Sequence record: DRR378314_226
Strand: one strand, 5' to 3'
Length of the DNA stretch: 32,668 nucleotides
This document shows positions 24,732 through 32,668 of this stretch, in pieces (position 1 is the stretch's first letter; each line of letters begins with the position of its first letter). The notes beneath the pieces were generated by a model that was given only the letters and a program-made list of their open reading frames with translations, was not told the origin of the DNA and searched no databases. Both the position numbers and the translations under genes were made by a program.

Positions 24732-26327
24732 CTAAAAACCCATCAAAAAATGGCTCAATTCCTCTTTTGAGGTAATAGGTAACTTTTTTCGAAGTCGGTA
24801 CCTGGCTACACGGATGCTATCTGGAGTAAGCCTTAAAATTGATGCTATCTCCTTGGATGATAGATTGAGGCGCAGCAGGATGCCCAACCTTAATTCTGCC
24901 GGCGATAAAACATCCAACGCCGCCTCCGAGATTCTTTTGACAAAATCTGGATGGATTTCTTTAAATAAAACAATAAACTCATCCCATTCCCGTTCTTGAG
25001 CCAGGTTAAAATCAATTTCGCGCACCACCGCATCCAGCTTCCTTTTTAGATCCATATTATTGCGCTCCAAACTCTTTTTTAATGTTTGTGACAAATTGGA
25101 AAGCATTTTATTCTTTTGGGACAAGTGTAGGCTATATCTGGAAAGGGCTGCATTCTTGAGCTGTATCGCATTTTGCAAACTTTCTTCTTCGGCTTGTCGC
25201 ACATCCAATTCAGCCTTCAGAATTCGTTGCTCATATTTTAACAACTTCTGACCTTCAACGCGCTTTCTTCGAAAATGCAAATAACCAATAAAAGTAATAG
25301 CCAAAACCGCTAATATTGAAATAAGTAGCAATGTATTCTGCGCCTTTTCTATTTTGTTATTTTGCAACAGCAATTGTATCCTCCCATCCTTTTCCTTAGT
25401 ATCATAAATTCTTTGAAGTGCACTGGCCTGATTGGCATTATATACATTATTATTCTCCTCCTCCAATTCGGTAGATAAGCTTAACATATTGAATGCCGCC
25501 TCATAATCATGTAATAGATTGTAACTCTTGGAAAGATCCCTATAAGCACTAACCTCTTCCTTTCTGTTTCCAATGAATTGAGCAATGGCCAAGGATTCCT
25601 CAGTATACCCCAAGGCCTTCTTCAAGACACCTGTCTTTCTATAAACATCACCCAGATTGTTCAATATATTCGCCAGTCGAGCGTTTCTTTCCTTTCCATG
25701 ATAAGCCAAGGCCTTCTCAAAATAATGCTGGGCCAAGGAAAAATCCTCTAAATCCTCATAAATACTACCAATATTTTCATTGACAATCGAAACCCCAGCA
25801 GTATCCTTTAATTCATTGTACAATAACAAACTCTCGTTCTGGTATTGCAATGCTTTTAAATAATTCCTTTTTTTTTCATAACATGCTCCCAAGTTACTCT
25901 TAGAAAAGGCGAGGGCCTGTAGATTTCCCAAATTAGTTGCCTCCAGAATTCCATTTTGAAAATAACCTTCGGCAATATCATAGTTTTTCAGAAAAAGATG
26001 AATACTACCAATTCGATTCACCAAATCCACGTACAAAGTATCGTGTCCTACTCCCTCCAAAACCATAATAGCCTTGTTAAATTGATCTATAGCCTCCGTA
26101 AATACTCCATTTTGCTCGCAAAAAGAACCTAACTTTAAACGGGCAAGGGCTATGTCGTATGGTTTCCCAATTCCTTGCTGCCTTTTTAGATTTTCATTTA
26201 ATTCAAAAAAGATATTATCAATCTTTTGAATATCGGGCCGAAATCCGTTTTCTGTTTGTGCCAGTAGGGATGAGAAAAAAAAGAAAGACAAAACCAGTGA
26301 AATTATACCAAAATCTCTATATGTCAT
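24732..26327 (-). CDS. Membrane-spanning TPR sensor with a C-terminal LuxR/CsgD-like HTH
   Basis: Signal-like N-terminus, several TPRs (SNLGACY, ENIGSIY, NNLGDVY), TM LLLISILAVLAITFIGYL, HTH LSPAELRLGILLRLNLSSKEIASIL...VARYRLRKKL. Confidence 0.88.
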   Translation of the reverse strand: MTYRDFGIISLVLSFFFFSSLLAQTENGFRPDIQKIDNIFFELNENLKRQQGIGKPYDIALARLKLGSFCEQNGVFTEAIDQFNKAIMVLEGVGHDTLYVDLVNRIGSIHLFLKNYDIAEGYFQNGILEATNLGNLQALAFSKSNLGACYEKKRNYLKALQYQNESLLLYNELKDTAGVSIVNENIGSIYEDLEDFSLAQHYFEKALAYHGKERNARLANILNNLGDVYRKTGVLKKALGYTEESLAIAQFIGNRKEEVSAYRDLSKSYNLLHDYEAAFNMLSLSTELEEENNNVYNANQASALQRIYDTKEKDGRIQLLLQNNKIEKAQNTLLLISILAVLAITFIGYLHFRRKRVEGQKLLKYEQRILKAELDVRQAEEESLQNAIQLKNAALSRYSLHLSQKNKMLSNLSQTLKKSLERNNMDLKRKLDAVVREIDFNLAQEREWDEFIVLFKEIHPDFVKRISEAALDVLSPAELRLGILLRLNLSSKEIASILRLTPDSIRVARYRLRKKLPITSKEELSHFLMGF

Positions 26328-26416
26328 AGCCAACAAGAAAATGACACAAGATATCCTACCCAGGTTAAATAGGTATTAAGAGCGTATTATTTTAAAGTGA
26401 AGTCCATATAAACAAA

Positions 26417-26444
26417 AAACTCTTTCCAACTAAGGAAAGAGTTT
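26417..26444 (-). terminator. Intrinsic terminator after rpmA
   Basis: AAACTCTTTCC-6nt-GGAAAGAGTTT followed by TTTGTTT on the minus strand. Confidence 0.82.
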
Positions 26445-26469
26445 CTTAATATTTAAAAGCTGGAATGTA

Positions 26470-26730
26470 TTAAGCCTCAAAAGGCTCAATAGAAACATAG
26501 GATTTACCTCCTGCTTTCTTTTGGAATTTTACAAGACCGTCTACCCTTGCATGCAAGGTATGATCTTTTCCAGCATAAACATTTTCACCTGGGTTATGTT
26601 TAGTACCACGTTGTCTTACAATGATGTTCCCAGCAATGGCAGCTTGTCCACCATAAATCTTAACGCCCAAGCGTTTTGATTCTGATTCCCTACCGTTTTT
26701 AGAACTACCTACACCTTTCTTATGTGCCAT
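26470..26730 (-). CDS. rpmA: 50S ribosomal protein L27
   Basis: [24 protein letters not shown]...IIVRQRGT. Confidence 0.99.
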   Translation of the reverse strand: MAHKKGVGSSKNGRESESKRLGVKIYGGQAAIAGNIIVRQRGTKHNPGENVYAGKDHTLHARVDGLVKFQKKAGGKSYVSIEPFEA

Positions 26731-26754
26731 GATATATTGTTTTAATTCTTGTTA

Positions 26755-27288
26755 TTAACTTAAAGCGGCAATCAATTCTGCTTTTTTCATTGAAGAATAA
26801 CCTTCAACTCCCTTAGCTTTTGCCAATTCTCTTAGCTCTGCAACCGTATTTTTACTCAAATCCTCGGTAGCTTTAGCTTCCTCCTTCTTTGGAGCTTCTG
26901 CTTTTACCTCTGCTTTTTTAGCAGCAGGTTTAGCTTCTTTTTTTGGTTCCGCCTTTTTCTCAGATTTTTTGGCTCCAGAGGCAATAATACCCTCTATTAC
27001 CAATTCAGTCAAATATTGACGGTGACCGTTTTTCTTTTTGTAACCTTTACGTCTTTTCTTTTTAAAGACAATTACCTTATCACCTTTTAGGTGCTTAATG
27101 ACTTTAGCCTCAACAGCGGCTCCGTCTATAGCTGGGGCGCCAATTGTAATGTTACTACCATCTTCCAACAAAAGAACGTTATCAAAGGTTACTTTGCTAC
27201 CTTCTTCGTCTTGTAAACGGTGAACATACACTTTTTGGTCTTTCGCAACTTTAAATTGCTGCCCTGCTATCTCTACAATTGCGTACAT
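26755..27288 (-). CDS. rplU: 50S ribosomal protein L21 with a C-terminal Rho-N-like extension
   Basis: MYAIVEIAGQQFKV...FKKKRRKGYKKKNGHRQ, then a K/A/E-rich linker and TVAELRELAK...GYSSMKKAELIAAL. Confidence 0.97.
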   Translation of the reverse strand: MYAIVEIAGQQFKVAKDQKVYVHRLQDEEGSKVTFDNVLLLEDGSNITIGAPAIDGAAVEAKVIKHLKGDKVIVFKKKRRKGYKKKNGHRQYLTELVIEGIIASGAKKSEKKAEPKKEAKPAAKKAEVKAEAPKKEEAKATEDLSKNTVAELRELAKAKGVEGYSSMKKAELIAALS

Positions 27289-27318
27289 AGCTTGTGTTAT
27301 TTATAAATTTAAGAACAA

Positions 27319-27350
27319 GCCTAATATTTACTTAGGCGGGTGCAAATATA
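27319..27350 (-). promoter_or_regulatory. rplU promoter -7 element and 5'-leader hairpin
   Basis: TATATTTG (27343-27350) followed by GCCTAA-7nt-TTAGGC (27319-27337). Confidence 0.6.
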
Positions 27351-27388
27351 CTCCTAAATCCTTAATCCACAAGTGATTTTTGAGATTT

Positions 27389-27844
27389 TTAAACCGATTT
27401 TCTTTTGAGGTTGTTCGAAGTCTTGAACAACTGCATAAATGACAGAGTCAGAACCAAGGTAGTTGCAAAGCCCATAATGGCCACGGTAAAGAAAACAATA
27501 CCCTCCGATGTGTTATAATCGCGGAACCATACTTTGGAGAGTTCATCCAAAAATCCCAGATTAATCTCCGTAGCATAAAAGGCGAAAAACAATGTAAAGA
27601 TCAATGTCCCTACAAAACCGGTAACAATCCCCGCCGTAAAACCTTTGCCATAATTAAAGGATGGCCCTTCCTTGAGCCTAAAATATTTTATGGCCTCATA
27701 TATCCCGAATCCCGTAATTACACCATTAAAAAGACTATAAAAAATATTGGTGTGAAGATTAAAAAGGGACAACAATAAGAAATAGGCAATTAATGAGCCG
27801 CTAACAGCTATGCCAAACCTAATAGGGAGTGCAAATTGTTTCAT
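27389..27844 (-). CDS. DUF4199-like 4-TM membrane protein
   Basis: Four hydrophobic segments, motif FNYGKGFTAGIVTG. Confidence 0.75.
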   Translation of the reverse strand: MKQFALPIRFGIAVSGSLIAYFLLLSLFNLHTNIFYSLFNGVITGFGIYEAIKYFRLKEGPSFNYGKGFTAGIVTGFVGTLIFTLFFAFYATEINLGFLDELSKVWFRDYNTSEGIVFFTVAIMGFATTLVLTLSFMQLFKTSNNLKRKSV

Positions 27845-28271
27845 TGTATAGTATTTTCTAGGTTATGCATTTAATTTACAGAATTTTAATGATTTATGCA
27901 CGCAAATTAACAAGGAATTGATTTTATAGTCGATTTTACCCTCGATACGCATTGGCACACCTTACAATACCCGTATTTATAGGATAAACGGATTGTTCCT
28001 TTCCCAAAAGCTTGTTAATAAAACTGGCATCATTGGGGTTAGGGTCGATATTTTGATTGAATTATCATCAAAATAATTCAAGTGTACAAAATAACACCTG
28101 TCGATTTTCGCGAAAATGGGATTCGATTGCAGTTATAAAACGTTCACAATTCAGTATCTTTGATATCTTATAAAGTAATGGTGCAGACCATTTAAAAAAA
28201 CGTCCGCCCAACTTAAAAAATTATCTTAAAAGGCCACTTTAGCCACGCGTAACAACATTAAACTTTACCTG

Positions 28272-28688
28272 ATGATAAAAAAATTAACCCTTATCCTATC
28301 CGTCGTAATAGCGGTTGCCTACTCCTGTAAAGATGAAAACAAGGAGAATTCACAAATGAAAGGCGTAATGGCTATCCATGATGAGGTAATGCCAAAAATG
28401 GGGACTATAGGCCAATTAGTGGCTCAATTGGACGAAAAAATTACGAGCGATGCCTCTTCCGACGACTATGTAGCTGCCAGAGAGGAATTAAAGGCTGCAC
28501 ACAAGGCTATGATGGACTGGATGAAAAGCTTTGGCGATAGATTTGATGGCGACGAGATACTGAACGGAAAAGCGTTGACGGAAGAAAAACAAAAATGGCT
28601 GGATGAGGAAGAGACAAAAGTCAAGGCCCTTAAGGATCAAATAAATTCCAGTATTAAGCAAGCGGAGGACTTATTACAAAGCAATTAA
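28272..28688 (+). CDS. Conserved helical lipoprotein of unknown function
   Basis: Lipobox AYSC; motifs VMAIHDEVMPKMG and AMMDWM. Confidence 0.8.
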   Translation: MIKKLTLILSVVIAVAYSCKDENKENSQMKGVMAIHDEVMPKMGTIGQLVAQLDEKITSDASSDDYVAAREELKAAHKAMMDWMKSFGDRFDGDEILNGKALTEEKQKWLDEEETKVKALKDQINSSIKQAEDLLQSN

Positions 28689-28695
28689 AGCAATG

Positions 28696-29250
28696 CTACT
28701 CCGTCCAGCGTAAGGATTCAATAATTTTGCGAATATCCTTTTGCAGATGTACCGCAGCTGGCAAAATAGAATCATAATTAGGTTTGGCATAAAAATACAA
28801 TGACCCGGTTACGAAGTGCTTTGTACTGTCCGTTACATAAAACTGGGATTGCGAAGCTGCATTACCCTTTACTTCATAATACATTCCATATACCTTGTGA
28901 GGTTCGTTAACAACGGGTTCCTCATAAATACCGTCGGCCTTCACAACGTGCTCGTAGCTTAGTTTTTGAGCATCGGTAAGCAGTTTGTCCAAATTGCCGT
29001 TCACCGCCTTATAATTAATAAAAATAGAACCTTTCATAAGGGGGTAGTCCAATGTAAAGGAGGTATTGGACTCGGATTTCAATTTGGCCATTTCATTGTA
29101 TTTGACAGAAAAGTGTTCTGTTTCCAAGATTGCTTCCTTACCCTCGGGATATTCCAGCCTAAGCATTGCCTTAGGTTTCGGCAAAACATCGTCCTTACAT
29201 GACGATGCAAGACACAATAATAAAACAATAAGTCCGAGATTAAGCTTCAT
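28696..29250 (-). CDS. gldD: Gliding motility lipoprotein GldD
   Basis: Lipobox ASSC, PKPKAMLRLEYP, GNAASQSQFYVTDS, PNYDSILPA; directly downstream of gldE. Confidence 0.95.
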   Translation of the reverse strand: MKLNLGLIVLLLCLASSCKDDVLPKPKAMLRLEYPEGKEAILETEHFSVKYNEMAKLKSESNTSFTLDYPLMKGSIFINYKAVNGNLDKLLTDAQKLSYEHVVKADGIYEEPVVNEPHKVYGMYYEVKGNAASQSQFYVTDSTKHFVTGSLYFYAKPNYDSILPAAVHLQKDIRKIIESLRWTE

Positions 29251-30568
29251 GGGGCAATGTAATTTTTATTTGCTTCAATCGCTTTTTATCCAAGCTCTCC
29301 ACAATAAATTGATACTCTTTGAACATTACCACCTCACCTCTTTTGGGAAAACTTCCTGCAATTTCCAGGACAAAACCTGCAACCGTTTCGGACTCGCCCT
29401 TTTTCTCCTCAAAATCGTCCTCATCCTCAATTTTGGCCACTCTATAAAAATCCTTCAAAGCAGTTTTGCCATCGAAGACAAAGTTAAAATCGTCCAGCTT
29501 AGAGAAAATTAAGTCCTCATCATCAAACTCATCACTGATATCCCCAACAATTTCCTCAATAATATCTTCAAGGGTAACTATTCCGGAAGTACCCCCGTAC
29601 TCATCTACCACAATGGCCAAATGATTTTTCTTGGTCTGAAAATCCAGCAACAGGTTGTCCAGTTTCTTGTTTTCAGGAACAAAATAGGGCTCCCTGATCA
29701 ACGACATCCAATTAAAGGTTTTTCGGTCTATATAAGGCAGGAGATCCTTAACATAAAGAACCCCCAGTACGTTGTCCATATTCTGGGAAAAAACTGGTAT
29801 CCTTGAGTAGCCATGGGTTTTTATCTCCGCCAAAACTTCCAAAAACTTCATTTCTTCATTAAGGGCAAAAATATCAATCCTGGGTCGCATCACCTGTTTG
29901 GTATCCGTATTTCCAAAAGAAACGATCCCTTCAAGTATTTTCTGCTCTTCCACGGTAGTATCCCCCTCGGAGGTGAGCTCCAATGCCTGGGACAAATGAC
30001 CCACGTTAAGATTGGATTTCTGTTTGCCCAATTTGTTATATAGGAAAATGGTAGCAGACCTCATTGGCAAACTTAAAGGCGAAAACAGAAAATCCAGTAC
30101 CTTTAAAGGAAAAGCCATGAAAAAGGCGAAGGTAAATCTATTGCGATTGGCGTATACTTTGGGTAAAATCTCCCCAAACATCAATATTAAAAAGGTAACC
30201 ACTACTACCTCCAGAAGAAAGCGCACCGGAACAAGTCCTAAAATAACATAGGTAATATCGGCGAAAATGGTGTCGCCAATATTATTGAACAATAATACCA
30301 CCCCAATATTTATGGCATTGTTGGCAATCAATATTGTGGCCAAAAGTTTTTTGGGGCGATCCAAGAGGGCTACAATAATTTTTCCTTTGGCCGTCTTTTT
30401 TTCCTCTATCTCATTAACATCGGTTTGGGATAAGCCAAAAAAAGCCACTTCAGCCCCAGAAATTAGGGCAGAAAAAGACAATAAAATAAAAAGGAATGCG
30501 ATTTTAAAAGCAAAACCGCTATCGACTGCAATAAAATTCAATAATAAACTAAGGGGGTCTGGGTCCAA
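29240..30568 (-). CDS. gldE: Gliding motility-associated protein GldE (CNNM/CBS/CorC-HlyC domains)
   Basis: MDPDP start, SGAEVAFF, FGEILPK, AIVVDEYGGTSGIVTLEDIIEEIVG. Confidence 0.94.
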   Translation of the reverse strand: MDPDPLSLLLNFIAVDSGFAFKIAFLFILLSFSALISGAEVAFFGLSQTDVNEIEEKKTAKGKIIVALLDRPKKLLATILIANNAINIGVVLLFNNIGDTIFADITYVILGLVPVRFLLEVVVVTFLILMFGEILPKVYANRNRFTFAFFMAFPLKVLDFLFSPLSLPMRSATIFLYNKLGKQKSNLNVGHLSQALELTSEGDTTVEEQKILEGIVSFGNTDTKQVMRPRIDIFALNEEMKFLEVLAEIKTHGYSRIPVFSQNMDNVLGVLYVKDLLPYIDRKTFNWMSLIREPYFVPENKKLDNLLLDFQTKKNHLAIVVDEYGGTSGIVTLEDIIEEIVGDISDEFDDEDLIFSKLDDFNFVFDGKTALKDFYRVAKIEDEDDFEEKKGESETVAGFVLEIAGSFPKRGEVVMFKEYQFIVESLDKKRLKQIKITLPHEA

Positions 30569-30593
30569 TAGTCAGTCTTTAAATTTAATTAAT

Positions 30594-31061
30594 CTAGAAT
30601 GGTAAATCATCTTCCTCTTCAGGTCCGTTGTTACCTAACGGCTCATTAACCTTATTTGTTGTGGCAGTTGTACCTTGCTGTGGTTGATTCTGGCTGCTCG
30701 CCTGGGCATTGGCCATACTTTCCTTTTTGGTGGTCAAAAAGGTAAAATCCTGAACATGAACCTCGGTAGTATACCTGGTATTCCCATCTTCCCCTTGCCA
30801 TTGACGGTTTTTAAGTCGGCCTTCCACGTAAATCTTGTCCCCTTTACTTAGGTATTTTTCACATATTTCAGCTGCCTTGTTCCGAACCACTATGTTATGC
30901 CAATCAGTATTGGTTACCCTTTCCCCTGTCTGCTTATTGGTATAGGTCTCATTGGTAGCCAATGGAAATCTCCCAATACAGTTTCCACCTTCAAAAAAGT
31001 GAATTTTAACCTCATCTCCCAAATGCCCAATCAGCATTACCTTATTTAGTGTTCCGCTCAT
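30594..31061 (-). CDS. ssb: Single-stranded DNA-binding protein
   Basis: LNKVMLIG, TDWHNIV, VEGRL, acidic tip DDLPF. Confidence 0.97.
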   Translation of the reverse strand: MSGTLNKVMLIGHLGDEVKIHFFEGGNCIGRFPLATNETYTNKQTGERVTNTDWHNIVVRNKAAEICEKYLSKGDKIYVEGRLKNRQWQGEDGNTRYTTEVHVQDFTFLTTKKESMANAQASSQNQPQQGTTATTNKVNEPLGNNGPEEEDDLPF

Positions 31062-31085
31062 AACTCAAATTAAAGTTCAAAAGTA

Positions 31086-32123
31086 CTAAATTTTAAACGT
31101 TTTTATAAAATCTGCAATTAAAACTGGAACAGGATATTTATGAAGTTCAGCTATTTGTATTCCATTTTCAAGATTGGATTCAAAGGTGATGATCCAAAAC
31201 CGGGTATGCAAATGTTGGTGCGAAAGTTTATGAACTATTTTACTTTCATTGTAAAGGTATATTTCCGAGGGTTCCTGCAACGATACCAATTCTTTCAAAT
31301 TCCCCGCAACTTCTCCCTGATCAATATACTTTTCGGATTCCAGCAATGGAAACTCATATAAATTTTGCCAAATACCATTTCCCTTTCGCTGTTGCAATAA
31401 AGTCTGTTTATTTTCGTCTACCAATACCAAATAATTGAAATACCGATTGCGCACCTTATTCTTTTTTATTTTTACCGGTAGATTATCAATGCTATTGGTA
31501 GCGAAGGCCACACATGATTTTTGCAGGGGACAGCTACCGCAGTCCGGATTCTTTGGCGTACATTGCAGGGCTCCGAATTCCATAATTCCCTGATTGTAGT
31601 CCCTTATATTCTTGGCATCCATAATGTCTTTTGCCAATTCTTTAAAGTATAAAACACCCTCCGAACTGTTTATGGGCAGGTCTATACCATAATATCTGGC
31701 CAAGACCCTATAGACATTTCCATCTACAACAGCTTCTGGACGGCCAAAGCAAATTGAGGCTATTGCAGAGGCGGTATAATCGCCAATACCTTTCAACTGC
31801 AACAGCTCCTTATAGGTATCTGGAAATTTTCCATTATATTTTTCTGTAATTATTTTTGCAGTGGCATGTAAATTTCTTGCCCTTGAATAATACCCCAACC
31901 CTTGCCACAACTTAAGCACCTGCTCTTCGGATGCCGCAGCCAAATCCTGCACTTTGGGGAAAGCCTCCACAAACTTCATATAATAAGGTATACCTTGCGC
32001 TACACGGGTCTGTTGCAGCATAATTTCCGACAGCCATATGCGGTAAGGCTCCTTGGTTCTACGCCAAGGCAGAAGCCTTTTATTTTGCTCGTACCACTCT
32101 AAAATAATTCTGGAAAAGTTCAT
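31086..32123 (-). CDS. mutY: A/G-specific adenine glycosylase MutY
   Basis: SEIMLQQT, WQGLGYYSRARNL, HhH GIGDYTA, VDGNV, Fe-S motif CTPKNPDCGSCPLQKSC. Confidence 0.97.
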   Translation of the reverse strand: MNFSRIILEWYEQNKRLLPWRRTKEPYRIWLSEIMLQQTRVAQGIPYYMKFVEAFPKVQDLAAASEEQVLKLWQGLGYYSRARNLHATAKIITEKYNGKFPDTYKELLQLKGIGDYTASAIASICFGRPEAVVDGNVYRVLARYYGIDLPINSSEGVLYFKELAKDIMDAKNIRDYNQGIMEFGALQCTPKNPDCGSCPLQKSCVAFATNSIDNLPVKIKKNKVRNRYFNYLVLVDENKQTLLQQRKGNGIWQNLYEFPLLESEKYIDQGEVAGNLKELVSLQEPSEIYLYNESKIVHKLSHQHLHTRFWIITFESNLENGIQIAELHKYPVPVLIADFIKTFKI

Positions 32124-32141
32124 TTACTAGGGCCTAATTTA

Positions 32142-32149
32142 CAAAAGTA
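32142..32149 (-). promoter_or_regulatory. sigmaA -7 element for the mutY operon
   Basis: Minus strand TACTTTTG. Confidence 0.55.
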
Positions 32150-32205
32150 ATGGTTTACCCACTTAAAATTAAGTTCCTTAGCAAGGAAAGATTGAATTTA
32201 ATTCA

Positions 32206-32213
32206 TATATTTG
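32206..32213 (+). promoter_or_regulatory. sigmaA -7 element for the HU gene
   Basis: TATATTTG followed by CA. Confidence 0.65.
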
Positions 32214-32254
32214 CATCCCGAAAAAAAAATTCTTTAGAAATTTATTTAGTTAAA

Positions 32255-32545
32255 ATGACGAAAGCGGAAATTGTAACGAAAATCTCAGAAAAACTGGGAA
32301 TTGAAAAAGGAGATGTGCAAGCAACTGTGGAATCTTTCATGGATGAGGTAAAAACATCTTTAGAAAGCGGAGACAACGTATACTTAAGAGGTTTCGGCAG
32401 TTTTATCATTAAAACAAGAGCTGAAAAAACAGGTAGGAACATATCCAAAAATACTACCATTAAAATCCCCGCACACAACATCCCTGCCTTTAAACCGGCA
32501 AAGGTTTTTGTAGAAGGTGTAAAAAGTAATGTACAAGTCAAATAA
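32255..32545 (+). CDS. HU/IHF family DNA-binding protein (96 aa)
   Basis: Start moved to MTKAEIV; VYLRGFGSF...RAEKTGRNI...IPAFKPAK. Confidence 0.95.
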   Translation: MTKAEIVTKISEKLGIEKGDVQATVESFMDEVKTSLESGDNVYLRGFGSFIIKTRAEKTGRNISKNTTIKIPAHNIPAFKPAKVFVEGVKSNVQVK

Positions 32546-32575
32546 AATATTATTAATCTAAAAAAGTAGACCTCT

Positions 32576-32665
32576 ATGCCTAGTGGTAAAAAAAGAAAAA
32601 GACATAAGGTAGCTACCCACAAGCGTAAAAAACGCAGGAGAGCTAACCGACACAAGAAAAAGTAG
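32576..32665 (+). CDS. 29-aa basic peptide, small ribosomal protein bS22-like (AURKAIP1/COX24/mS38-like)
   Basis: My translation: MPSGKKRKRHKVATHKRKKRRRANRHKKK*; absent from the ORF track. Confidence 0.85.
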   Translation: MPSGKKRKRHKVATHKRKKRRRANRHKKK

Positions 32666-32668
32666 TTG

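Noticed and set aside
19-32655. Many short or antisense ORFs in the track (e.g. 19-438, 587-979, 7070-7534, 11414-11839, 29066-29512, 32242-32655)
   Set aside because: They lie opposite or inside well-supported genes and have no recognisable motifs; they are shadow ORFs
1-32668. tRNA/rRNA genes, prophage or defence systems
   Set aside because: I found no cloverleaf/T-loop pattern in intergenic regions and no phage, nuclease or methylase motifs in the ORFs

Overview
A 32.7 kb chromosomal window from a Bacteroidota genome, most likely Flavobacteriaceae (gldD/gldE, TAnnTTTG -7 promoters, no Shine-Dalgarno signals). It has no rRNA, tRNA, CRISPR or mobile element that I can see. Core genes (greA, ahcY, rplU-rpmA, mutY-ssb-gldE-gldD, HU, and a 29-aa bS22-like peptide absent from the ORF track) are interleaved with five accessory modules. 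(1) A periplasmic DUF1080/DUF6807/Tat-Gfo-Idh-MocA sugar-oxidation cluster. (2) A TPP-riboswitch-controlled TonB-dependent receptor whose leader can fold a hairpin over its own AUG. (3) A hybrid histidine kinase and a sigma54 enhancer-binding regulator next to three paralogous ~100-aa secreted PepSY-like proteins; each paralogue has its own terminator, sigma54-like -24 box and a conserved ~50-bp upstream motif, suggesting a self-contained regulon (the best candidate for a novel system). (4) A coupled pnuC - NadR-like kinase - DUF4301 operon, where DUF4301 carries nucleotidyltransferase-like motifs, preceded by a pseudogene remnant. (5) A TPR/LuxR membrane sensor - TonB receptor - beta-propeller phytase locus with an 11-bp-periodic repeat array in its promoter. 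All family assignments come from motif recognition, not database searches.
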